64,000 nucleotides of DNA. It comes from Zygnema circumcarinatum SAG 698-1b. Taxonomy: Eukaryota; Plantae; Zygnematophyceae. Of the stretch, positions 1 to 10,332 are shown in pieces. A program made the translations under genes and the position numbers. Positions within the stretch are counted from its first letter, which is position 1; each line of letters starts with the position of its first letter. The stretch spans positions 372,001 through 436,000 of the forward strand of contig CM074820.1 in assembly GCA_037447605.1 (NCBI GenBank). Reading direction: 5' to 3'. Under the pieces are notes generated by a model, which worked only from the letters and a program-made list of their open reading frames with translations, had not been told where the DNA came from and searched no databases.

Positions 1-953
1 AAAGGAGTGCCTGGTTGCACCGTCATGCGTCTTCCTTCACTGCGGAGGACGCAATTAGGGACAACAAAATCTAACTGAGCGCCCATAAGCGTCAGCCATT
101 TGCTCCCCAAGATAAAGTCTGTTCCTGGGGCTAATAACGTCAACAAGCAGTTGACCACCCCGGAGTAAGACTGAATCTTCAATTTCACGCTGACGCTACC
201 AGAAATCTGGCCAGTGCGTCCATCCCCGAAAGTTACACTATCGGAATGAGGCTGGACTGCAAACCCTGCAGTCCTGACAAAGGCTGCGCTAACAAAGTTA
301 GCGTCCGCGCCAGTGTCCAGCAGAACGACCGCTGAGTACCCATCGGCTGAACCTTGAAAGGTCATTGCACGATGAGCCAAGTGGAAAATGGACCGTAGCA
401 CATTTGGTGCGTGGGGGCGCGCGGTCCGCCACACAAGGGAATGTGGAGATTTCACCAGCACATGGGTGGGAGCTCCAAGCATCCACCTAAGAAGGGAGAA
501 GCCCTTTTTCCATAGCTTTACCACTTTCCAATCAGTCTGTGCATAAGCCCTAACTGCCACATGTTGTGGGAGCAGGACTCGCAGACTGAGCACATGGTCC
601 TTCGACCGCAGTAAGCGCAAGGCATCAAATGCACATTGCACTAAGGCATCACTGCCCATGGCATTCAAGATAATTACATGCCATTCACTCATCAAGATAG
701 CATTTCGGAATGCTGTTGGAGTCACAATCATAGAAGGTAGCAATGAGTAATCAGTGGGGACAACAAGGCACACAAACAACATGTTCCCACTGAAAACTCC
801 CCCGATCACTTTTAGAATGTCATCCTTCCCTGGAATACAACATTCTTCACCAGTGATAGCAGCTAAAGCGCTGCCCCCTCCTCCATCTATCCCTCCGGCA
901 GGGACTCCTAAACTGCCGGTGGGGGCCCGTTTTCCGCCGGCCCTTTGCCCTTT
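1..953 (-). mobile_element. Ty3/gypsy element G1: N-terminal part of pol with retropepsin-type aspartic protease (runs off the left end of the window)
   Basis: Manual translation of a minus frame open from 953 to 1 gives ...MTFQGSADGYSAVVLLDTGADANFVSAAFV...GTDFILGSKWL...; the LLDTGA active site is at ~309-323. Not in the supplied ORF track. Confidence 0.85.
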
Positions 954-1675
954 CTATCTTTCTTGAAAGATGGGCAGTCGTAAGACCTATGCCCCACCTT
1001 CCTGCAGCGGAAACACTTGTTCTCCGCTTTCAAAGCCTCCATCTCACCGTAGGCCAGTTTGGCGTGGGAGGCGTTGAAGCTGGCGAGGATGAGAGGAGAT
1101 TGCCTTCACTGGATTTCCCCTTTTGGACGACCCATTTCGGCCCGCCCGATTAAGCGGACCGGTCCCGCCTCACCTGCCGGGGGCGGGAAGGCCCTGCACC
1201 ATCTGTAGACCCAGCGTCAGTTTGAACCGCAGCTGCAAACATCTGCTCGTCATCCATAGGTCCCCAAGGTTCCAAGGTACGAGGATTCAGCCGAAGCTGT
1301 TTCCGAACGTACGGCTTCAATCCATGGCTGAACCGGAAGAAGAATTCTTCGGGTCCAGGTGGGAACTTGGTAATTGAAGCCCAAGCCGCACGCAATTCCC
1401 GTAGGAATTCAGCCACGCTTCCAGTCTGCATGAGCGACTGGAACCTGTCCCGTGCAACAGCACTGGGATCCAGGATGCCAAAGTGTTTGAGAAGTTCCGA
1501 CTCGAACTTCTCAAAGTCTTTGCCGATTAACGCCTTGCGGCCGGCATAGACGCTCCATGCCACGCCCCTCAAAGCGGGTGAAGCAAAGTTCACCCATTGA
1601 TCGGGAGGGCATTGGGTAGAACACAGGTACCCACGCACCTGTCCCATCCAATGATCAATTGGGCAGTCGGCATGC
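908..1675 (-). pseudogene. G1 gag, C-terminal part (frameshifted), with CCHC zinc knuckle
   Basis: ORF 1150-1675 HADCPIDHWMGQVRGYL...ARDRFQSLMQTGSVAEFLREL (retrotransposon gag-like); zinc knuckle CFRCRKVGHRSYDC at 974-1015 in another frame, stop TAG at 908-910; indels between 1020 and 1150. Confidence 0.8.
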
Positions 1676-2009
1676 TGTTGGTGCAGGGACTCCTCCACTG
1701 CTGCCGGCTTCTCCACTCGCATCACCTTCCATCGGAGTTCGCGTTCCAATCGATGATGACATTTCCCAAACTCTCACATTCACTCATAGCCCATTTTACT
1801 CACAGAGTGAACCTCTCAGAATATGCACAGCGGAAATAACAGAGAGAAAAGGATAGGAGAAAGCTCTCGGCTCTAAAACTCCTTAATAATAATCTTATCA
1901 ACACAAAATGAGAGACCCCCTCTCAAATAGCCCAATAAACTCAAAAGCCCACTACCTCGCAGCACAAGCAAGTGTAATGTTCAGCAACACGAGCATCAGC
2001 TTCTCAGAG
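1676..2009 (-). repeat. Copia A 3' LTR, U5/R portion (continues at 7048-7105)
   Basis: Homologous to 11506-11840 (tgttggtgcagggactcc...ctctaaaactccttaataataatc); ends at N gap 2010-2019. Confidence 0.88.
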
Positions 2010-2019
2010 NNNNNNNNNN

Positions 2020-5000
2020 TATCCTATCCTCTCATAGATAGCCTACACCCCAACTGCAGTAGCCAAGCACTACTCGCCTCCATGAACTCCTCCTCTACCT
2101 CAACACATGAGGGACACATCATCTAACTTCTTCACTAAAGCTTAGCATGATGAGAGCTAGTTCCTTCACGACCTTCATACACAAGGCCGGACTCCTCTAG
2201 GCCTCAGCCTCTGCCTACTCTTCCTATACAACAACGGTCGAGCAGCATAACATTCAGAGAGAGTGAGTGAGTGAGAGAGCCAAGCTTGCTCCCTCTTAAA
2301 CTATGGCGGCCGGCGTGACGTGACACCCGATGTCACGTCACAGGCGCACTAGCAAGCGCATGCATTCAACAGCCAGCAAGCCGTTCAACGGCCAGCTACG
2401 CGTTCAACAGCCAGCTACACGACTTCACGTAAACCTACGCCAGCACCGACCTACGCAAGGTCGTCCGTACTGTTCCGCCGCCCGGCCGTACACGTCCGCC
2501 GCCCAGCCGTACATGTCAGCCTCCCAGTCAAGATCTGACTCGGTCCCCTTCTCAGTTGACCTCGTCAGAGCCGCGGACCGCACTAAGGGTCCAAGCAATG
2601 CCACGTGCCACCTCCTCATTCGCCGCCGACATCTCCAATCTCTTCAACCGACTTCCGCGTCACGTCACGCCCGAAGACTGCGTCGCTATCTGCACGCTGG
2701 CGCGACCAATCATGTCGCTTCGTGCAGATCCGCCTCTCGCGCCAAATATCTCCGCGTCCATTTGTTTCGCGTCGTCCGTACAGTCGCGCGCCGTCCGTAC
2801 GGCCGCGCTCCTTTTCGGTCAAGCACATTCCGTGCACCCCCTTTGGTACGGTCTAAGCCTAAGCCGTAATTCTACGACCCTAGACCTTCCCTAGACCTGC
2901 CGTACCATGGCCTAATGATACGGGCACCCCCCATGTTCGGTCCGACACCAAACATGACCATTCATACATGACATTGTCCCTATACCACCACATTGATGTC
3001 CCGGACAACATTCATGCTAGGAACTAAGTACCAACACCTTGATGTACCCTATACATCAACAATCCCCCTCTTGGTACGTAAGTTCCTTGCAAGCTATACT
3101 AACATGGCACCCTAAGCTTAAGCAACACTTTAAGCGTACCTTGCCGCTTGCTCATCAACTCCCTTGAATTGATTCCACCGTGAATGCAATAGCCATTGCA
3201 CTCTCCCCCAGGCCACCTCCACCTGAAGATGGTCTTCACTCCGCATGTGCAATCGTTGCACATCAGAACCTCCTTGAGCGCAATTGACACCTTGTCAACA
3301 ATGTGGTGGGAACCTTCAACTTCTTGAACTCTCTAAAGTCATCCTCCAATGTAAACCCGAGAAGTCCTAACTTCTCCTCCCATCTCACACATTCAGAATG
3401 TCGTCTTCTCCATTGCCGCTCACCCCCTCATAAACATGAGGTCCTTCATAGTTGTCCTTCGAATCCTCCTAGTGGTACTCTCGCCATTTGTTGTAGGCCT
3501 CCACCCAAATGAAGTGCCGTCTTCACCAACAACTTCCTCTACACGATCCTGGGACCCCACACTATGAACTACCTTTGTCCCCCATGGACAAGCTCCCCTN
3601 NNNNNNNNNNNNNNNNNNNNNNNNNNNNNNNNNNNNNNNNNNNNNNNNNNNNNNNNNNNNNNNNNNNNNNNNNNNNNNNNNNNNNNNNNNNNNNNNNNNN
3701 NNNNNNNNNNNNNNNNNNNNNNNNNNNNNNNNNNNNNNNNNNNNNNNNNNNNNNNNNNNNNNNNNNNNNNNNNNNNNNNNNNNNNNNNNNNNNNNNNNNN
3801 NNNNNNNNNNNNNNNNNNNNNNNNNNNNNNNNNNNNNNNNNNNNNNNNNNNNNNNNNNNNNNNNNCTATCTTCTTCCTTTAAGGGAAATCCGAAACCTGT
3901 CCCTCCAAATTCTATCACCAAGAGGTTTGCAAGGTTGCGGTACCTTGCTTTAAAGCGCCATCCCCTCATGAGTGCGATCACGCCAGCTCCATGTCGATGC
4001 CTCTTCCCTCTTGTGACTCCCGGACCTAGGCACCTCTCAAGATCCTAGTCTTTGCAAGCGTCTTCGAGCTTTTCCAGCTTTGGTGTCCAAGTACTTCGAT
4101 GCCGAGCTCCACAAGCTATCGTGCCAACGTCCACCGCTGAACCTTCCCCTTTTGGAAGAAGTACAAGCTACTCTGCTCTCACCCATCACAAGGGTCTCCA
4201 CTACTTGCATGTGACGAAACTCAAAGCAACCTGCATCTAACTCCACCTGCTTGCTTCCAAAACGTTTTAACCTTGTCTCCAAGACGCCTATACGCCACTT
4301 CTCCTTCGAGATCCACCAGCTTCTCTTGCCTCCTCTTGAGATCAACTACTTGGCTCCTCCTCCAAAAAAATCTCTATCCCATGTTCCCGAATAAACTAGG
4401 CGTGCACTCCCAGCAAACTCTTCGAACATAGATCAGGTCCACGTCTGGACACACTTGAGCCTCCATGTTGACGTCTCCTTGGATCCGAATGATCCCTCCA
4501 CAAGAATCAGCCCTGCAAGTTCGTTAGCAAAATGATCTCCAAAGGACTTCCCATAATCTCTCGTCTTCATCAAGTCAACTTGGAGTGGAATCCTCCTCGT
4601 CCGACTTCAGCCTTGCCCCTCCTTGAATGGTCGTCAACGCCTCTTGACTCGATCCATTCTCCTCCTTTGCTACATCTACTCCTCCATGAAGTAGACTCCT
4701 TGTAGAAAGTTGCGACCTTCCTACCTCCGAATTGATCTCCTCCACTACTCCTTGGGGAATTCCCTAAACTCCACCTTAGTGGTCCATCACTAACAACTTA
4801 GTGACTATCAATTCCACTAGCTCTGTCCACCAGACTAGTCAGGATTTAAGCAATGGTTCCTTGGGCAGCTTCTCCCCTAGATCCTAGATCTTGGGCCTCC
4901 TTCACCCCAAACGCATTGAAGTGAACTACTTCCTTCTTACGTGGCACTCCTTGCCACCCTACACCTCTCCTAGCCTCTCCCACAACCGATGTGAAGATAC

Positions 5001-7047
5001 TAGTTCATTAGTCTCTAACTCCAAAAGCTAGTCTCTAACCCCAAGAGCGTGTTTGAAGGGTCTTCCCCTCCACATACCATGGCAATCTCAATATGGCACT
5101 GGAGCCCTCTCCACTTCTCGAAGTGCCGTCAAGTCCTCCCCTCGAATCCTTCGATGAAGCGACTTCGCCTTCGACATATCCGAGTATACAAGCTTCCAAA
5201 GGGTTAGGCCACCCTTGCTTGTGCGTCTCTCACGCTGCCTCCTCCAACTCCGCTGAGTTGGGTCACCTCGAATGTGTGCAACTCGATGCACCACCTCCAC
5301 GCCGTCAGACCTTGACTCCCTTGAGCCGAGTCTCTCAAAACAGCGCCAACGCCAATGCCGTTAATCTAGCCTTCTTTCGCACTCTTCCCTTGAGCTGTCA
5401 AGACTAGTACTTCAACGCATCCTCTCATGACTCTAGCTCCTCAAAGCTAAGTCTTCGGCAACTTGCTTGCTACAAATGAGACCATCAACGTGATTAGGAG
5501 TTTGACCATTACTACATCCTTTCTGAGTACCCTTGAGCCAGCCATTAGGCTCCTACCAAGAACTACACTTTTAGCTCTTTCTCTAGTCAAGGATCTATCT
5601 CTTTGGAACCCATACTCTCAAGGATCTGAAAACCCCCCACCTAGTATGCTCCAAGATCCCTCACTCTCACTTGGCACTCTTTCGGATTACAACCATACGC
5701 TCTAAGACTGAATCTTAAGCATTAGATGCTCCAAGACTTCAACCCTTAGCTCTGATACCACTTGTTGGTGCAAGGGGCAGCAAGAAAGGAAAGACACAAG
5801 GAAAGGGCAACACATGCCCTGGGTATCAGAGCTCAAAACTTTTCTTTTGCTTCTCCTTGGGCCACATACCGCTTCCGCCACGATATGCCTTCTCGTCCAC
5901 CTCTTGCCAGGTGCGCACAGCGGAAACTAAACACCCCACCTCAACAAGTGCACTTCTTCATCTCCTCCATGGTCTCGGCTCCTCAACTCCACGCTCCTCC
6001 AATGATCTCCTCGTGTGGAGCAACACACCGCCCATACAATGGTCGCCTCCACTCATCCACCACGCTAATCCAACACGAGGACTCACATGACAGATGATAC
6101 AGTAGTAAGGAGAAAGCCCACGGCCCCAAAACTCCTTAAACTTCATGAGTGTAATACAAGCTCTTGAGGAAATCTACANNNNNNNNNNCACAGCCTCTGC
6201 CTACTCTTCCTATACAACAACGGTCGAGCAGCATAACATTCAGAGAGAGTGAGTGAGTGAGAGAGCCAAGCTTGCTCCCTCTTAAACTATGGCGGCCGGC
6301 GTGACGTGACACCCGATGTCACGTCACAGGCGCACTAGCAAGCGCATGCATTCAACAGCCAGCAAGCCGTTCAACGGCCAGCTACGCGTTCAACAGCCAG
6401 CTTCGCGGTCTCACGTAAACCTACGCCAGCACCGACCTACGCAAGGTCGTCCGTACTGTTCCGCCGCCCGGCCGTACACGTCCGCCGCCCAGCCGTACAT
6501 GTCAGCCTCCCAGTCAAGATCTGACTCGGTCCCCTTCTCAGTTGACCTCGTCAGAGCCGCGGACCGCACTAAGGGTCCAAGCAATGCCACGTGCCACCTC
6601 CTCATTCGCCGCCGACATCTCCAATCTCTTCAACCGACTTCCGCGTCACGTCACGCCCGAAGACTGCGTCGCTATCTGCACGCTGGCGCGACCAATCATG
6701 TCGCTTCGTGCAGATCCGCCTCTCGCGCCAAATATCTCCGCGTCCATTTGTTTCGCGTCGTCCGTACAGTCGCGCGCCGTCCGTACGGCCGCGCTCCTTT
6801 TCGGTCAAGCACATTCCGTGCACCCCCTTTGGTACGGTCTAAGCCTAAGCCGTAATTCTACGACCCTAGACCTTCCCTAGACCTGCCGTACCATGCCCTA
6901 ATGATACGGGCACCCCCCATGTTCGGTCCGACACCAAACATGACCATTCATACATGACATTGTCCCTATACCACCACATTGATGTCCCGGACAACATTCA
7001 TGCTAGGAACTAAGTACCAACACCTTGATGTACCCTATACATCAACA
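2020..7047 (-). mobile_element. Non-autonomous copia-derived element B (LARD-like) nested in the A 3' LTR
   Basis: Two near-identical LTRs (2020-3061 partial; 5763-7047), PBS 5749-5760, PPT 3062-3072 (AAGAGGGGGAT); the ~2.7-kb interior has no long ORF and at most faint RNase H-like traces (VDKVSIAL near 3280). The left junction is lost in gap 2010-2019. Confidence 0.85.
5763..7047 (-). repeat. Element B 5' LTR (contains 10-N gap 6179-6188)
   Basis: Minus strand TGTTGA...CCAACA; 6189-7047 is almost identical to ~2204-3061; PBS adjacent. Confidence 0.9.
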
Positions 7048-7105
7048 AACACAAACACACAAAACTAATGTTCCAACAAAACATGCTAACTATCATACAC
7101 TAACA
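7048..7105 (-). repeat. Copia A 3' LTR, U3 terminal 58 bp
   Basis: Matches the end of the 5' LTR (aacacaaacacacaaaactaatg...catacactaaca, ending 12506) and abuts the PPT. Confidence 0.9.
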
Positions 7106-7117
7106 ATCCCCCTCTTT
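7106..7117 (-). other. Polypurine tract of copia A
   Basis: Minus strand AAAGAGGGGGAT immediately before the LTR start TGTTAG. Confidence 0.9.
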
Positions 7118-7230
7118 GGAACTTCTAGTTTTGCGGACTGACCCAATCAACCTCCGGATTGACTGTAGTGTTTCCCCACTAACTCCTTTGTTAGCATATC
7201 TAGGCCTGCTCCTTGAATTGCCTACAGACT

Positions 7231-10200
7231 TCACCTCTGATCAAGCCCTCCTCTCAACTCCAGGTACATAGTAATGATGCGCACCCGAATGTGCTTGGTC
7301 CTCTTGTGGAACACAGGGTTTCCCACCAGGGCAATCGACGATTGATTGTCGGTAAACAAGGTAATCGGTCGTTGGTCCCTCTTGCATTCTTCAAAGAATT
7401 GCATGAACCACACTCCTTCCTTCGAAGCATGACAAGCACCCATGTACTCGCCCTCCGTGCTCGATAACGCCACCGAGTCCTGCAACTTGGATCTCCACGA
7501 AATCGCTCCTCCTCCATTCAGGTAAACGAAACCCGAAGTCGAGCGTGACGTATCGACATCTCCTCCCCAATCTGAGTCTGTATAGCCAATCACTCTGGTT
7601 GGCCCCCTCTCATACCTGATTCCGTAATCGAGCGTCCCCTTCACATATCTGAAAATCCTCTTCACTGCCTCCCAATGCTCGAGGCCCGGATTCTCCATGA
7701 ATCGGCTGGCCGAGCTCACCGCTTTCGCCAAGTCCGGACGCGTTCCGATCATCAAGTACATTAGACTCCCAATCGCGGATCTGTATGGCACTCCGAACAT
7801 CTTTTGTGCCTCCGCATCCGACGAAGGTGACATCTCCTTCGAAAGCCTAGTGCCGATCTCCATGGGGCTGGAACACGGCCTAGCATCCTCCATTCGAAAA
7901 CGGGCAAGCACATCTGAAGCATACTTCCTTTGACATAGAAACAAGCTTCCATCCTGCCCCCTCTTCAGCTGCATTCCCAGCAGATACTGCGCCTCTCCCA
8001 GATCTGACATTTTGAAATTTGCCTGTAGCAATTGCTTCAAAGATCTGATTCTTTCAAGGGAGAGGCTCACCATGATGAGATCGTCGACATAGATCCCAAC
8101 GAACATGATGTCTGCCCCCTCTCCTTGACGGTACACTGAATGATCTGTCTCAAACCGAGCAAAGTCATTCCTCCTCAAAAGATCGTCAATCTTTTCGTAC
8201 CACACTCTCGGCGCCTGCTTCAAGCCGTACAGGCTCTTCACCAGTCGACAGACTAGGTGCTCCTTCCCGGGGACGACCTTCCCCTCCGGCTGCTCCATGT
8301 AAATCTCTTCCGTGAGATCACCATACAGAAATGCCGTCTTGATGTTCAATTGATGGACGTGCATTCCTTCAGCCGCTGCAACGGAAATCAAGGCTCTCAA
8401 AGAATTGAACTTTACCACTGGAGCGAACGTCTCCATGTAGTCAATCCCATACTGCTGGCCGTATCCTTTCGCCACTAACCGCGCCTTGTACCTATCCACG
8501 CTTCCGTCTGCCTTCCTCTTGACTTTGAAGACCCATTTGCAGCCGATAGCTCGCCTCCCTTGAGGCAGCTCCTCCAATCTCCACGTGCCGTTCTCGATCA
8601 GGCTGTCCCATTCGCTATCAATCGCAACCCGCCACTTATCGCCATCGACTCCGTCGTGCGCCTCCTCAAAGGTCTGTGGCTCGGTAATCATGAAACAGTG
8701 GGCAACTCCCACAAGGTCAGCTGAATCTGATGGCACTCTCTCTTGGATCAGATTGGTACCAGGCGAAAAACGATCTGGTCGCCTCGTGTCTCGGCCGCTC
8801 CTCCGGACTGTCTTCGCACTTCGTCCTCTCGGGTGGAAGTAGAGTCCGGGAACAAAACCTGGGGGCATGTTCGCTAACATTGCCTCCCTCTCGGCTGCTT
8901 CAAGATCCTCTGAATCTTGCGCGTGAAGCGGGACCGTCTCCACTGAGTTCTCCTCTTCACCACTGGAGTGAGTGTGAAGGGGAATCGTCTCCGCTGAACT
9001 GTGCGGCTCCTCCGCATGCGCCTCCACGGGCGTCTCCTCATCATCAGCCGGCTCACTTGTCGCTGCCGCTGGCTCGGCTCCTTCATTTGCCGACGTGCTG
9101 GCACCCTGCACAGCACCACCCTTCTCTCCAACTGTTTCTCCCTCCTCGTACACGATCTCGAGGTCGGTCTTCGACGGAAGTAAGATCTGAGAGTCTGCAA
9201 CACGCTCAACCACACTATCTTCATCAACTGTAATGTCTCTTGTCTCGAGAACTTCCTTCAGTCGAGGGTTCCAAACCCTGTAGGTGCGGCTGCTGGTGTT
9301 GTAGCCGAGCACGTAGCCCTCCACGGCTCGGGGGTCGAATTTCTTCTTCTGTCGCGCCTTGGGCAGTGCAGCCCAGCATCGCGCGCCAAAGGTCCTCAGG
9401 TGGGAAACTGTGGGCTTCCTCCCACTCCACATCTGCTCAGGGACCTGGTCTTTCAGAACAGAAGACGGACATCTGTTCCTAATGTAAGCAGCCGTAGAAA
9501 CTGCTTCTCCCCAAAAGGAAGCCGGAAAGGGGGAATCAATCAACATGGTCCTGGCCATGTCCCCCAATGTCCTATTCACACGTTCAGCTGCTCCATTACT
9601 CTGTGGGGAATAGGGGGCTGAGAATTCATGCCTTATACCACGGTTCTTCAGAAACGCTGCGAATTCCTTCGATTTGAACTCGCCACCATTGTCCGAACGG
9701 AAAGCCTTCAGCTTCAGTCCCGTCTCTGTCTCCGCCTGGTTCAGCCAGTCTCGAAAGGCTCCGAAAGCCTCTGACTTGTTCTTCAGGAGTGTAATCCAAA
9801 TCTTCCTCGAATAGTCGTCAAGGAAGGTGACGAAGTACCTCGCTCCGCCACTGGTCGCCGGTGTAACTGGGCCACACAAGTCAGAATGTACCAGTTCCAA
9901 CTTCTCTCGCGCTCGATAGGACTCGTCTCCACTCCTCACGAATGGTCTCCTGTGCGCCTTGCCCTCCACACATTCTCGGCAAACCCCCAACTCCTTCTCC
10001 ACTACACCCGGGTCTAGCCCACGGACTAGCCCCCTCTCAGCCAACAGCTTCATGCCTCTGTGGTGTAAGTGACCAAGTCTACGATGCCATACATCTACGG
10101 CATTCTCTGAAACTGCATTCACCTCCTCATGATTCTCCCTCTTATAATCAAGATAATACAGCCCTCCTCTCTCATAACCCCTGAACAGCTGTCTCCCAGT

Positions 10201-10332
10201 TTCTGAGTGGATAGCCACGCATGACTTCTCCTCAAACAGAACACTGTATCCCTTCTTGCACACTTGGCTCACAGACATGAAATTCTGCATGAGGCCAGGG
10301 GTGTGAAGAACATCACCAATGTGCAGTTTCTC
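7231..10332 (-). CDS. Copia A pol: end of protease, GAG-pre-integrase, integrase, reverse transcriptase, RNase H
   Basis: 1019-aa ORF from 10290 with WHRRLGH, LVHSDLCGP, RSDNGGEF, NGAAERVNRT, YKARLVAKG, YGLKQAPR, YVDDL, YTDSDWGGD; the frame is open back to 10332; C-terminus frameshifted near 7260. Confidence 0.93.
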   Translation of the reverse strand, partial: EKLHIGDVLHTPGLMQNFMSVSQVCKKGYSVLFEEKSCVAIHSETGRQLFRGYERGGLYYLDYKRENHEEVNAVSENAVDVWHRRLGHLHHRGMKLLAERGLVRGLDPGVVEKELGVCRECVEGKAHRRPFVRSGDESYRAREKLELVHSDLCGPVTPATSGGARYFVTFLDDYSRKIWITLLKNKSEAFGAFRDWLNQAETETGLKLKAFRSDNGGEFKSKEFAAFLKNRGIRHEFSAPYSPQSNGAAERVNRTLGDMARTMLIDSPFPASFWGEAVSTAAYIRNRCPSSVLKDQVPEQMWSGRKPTVSHLRTFGARCWAALPKARQKKKFDPRAVEGYVLGYNTSSRTYRVWNPRLKEVLETRDITVDEDSVVERVADSQILLPSKTDLEIVYEEGETVGEKGGAVQGASTSANEGAEPAAATSEPADDEETPVEAHAEEPHSSAETIPLHTHSSGEEENSVETVPLHAQDSEDLEAAEREAMLANMPPGFVPGLYFHPRGRSAKTVRRSGRDTRRPDRFSPGTNLIQERVPSDSADLVGVAHCFMITEPQTFEEAHDGVDGDKWRVAIDSEWDSLIENGTWRLEELPQGRRAIGCKWVFKVKRKADGSVDRYKARLVAKGYGQQYGIDYMETFAPVVKFNSLRALISVAAAEGMHVHQLNIKTAFLYGDLTEEIYMEQPEGKVVPGKEHLVCRLVKSLYGLKQAPRVWYEKIDDLLRRNDFARFETDHSVYRQGEGADIMFVGIYVDDLIMVSLSLERIRSLKQLLQANFKMSDLGEAQYLLGMQLKRGQDGSLFLCQRKYASDVLARFRMEDARPCSSPMEIGTRLSKEMSPSSDAEAQKMFGVPYRSAIGSLMYLMIGTRPDLAKAVSSASRFMENPGLEHWEAVKRIFRYVKGTLDYGIRYERGPTRVIGYTDSDWGGDVDTSRSTSGFVYLNGGGAISWRSKLQDSVALSSTEGEYMGACHASKEGVWFMQFFEECKRDQRPITLFTDNQSSIALVGNPVFHKRTKHIRVRIITMYLELRGGLDQR

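Noticed and set aside
1150-1749. 199-aa ORF as an intact gag gene
   Set aside because: Its first 25 codons come from the copia A LTR; the true gag N-terminus is at 12507-12646 beyond the insertion.
2330-2869. 179-aa ORF repeated at 6316-6855 as a conserved accessory gene
   Set aside because: The repetition only reflects LTR duplication; it is antisense in GC-rich U3 and not preserved in the related C LTR.
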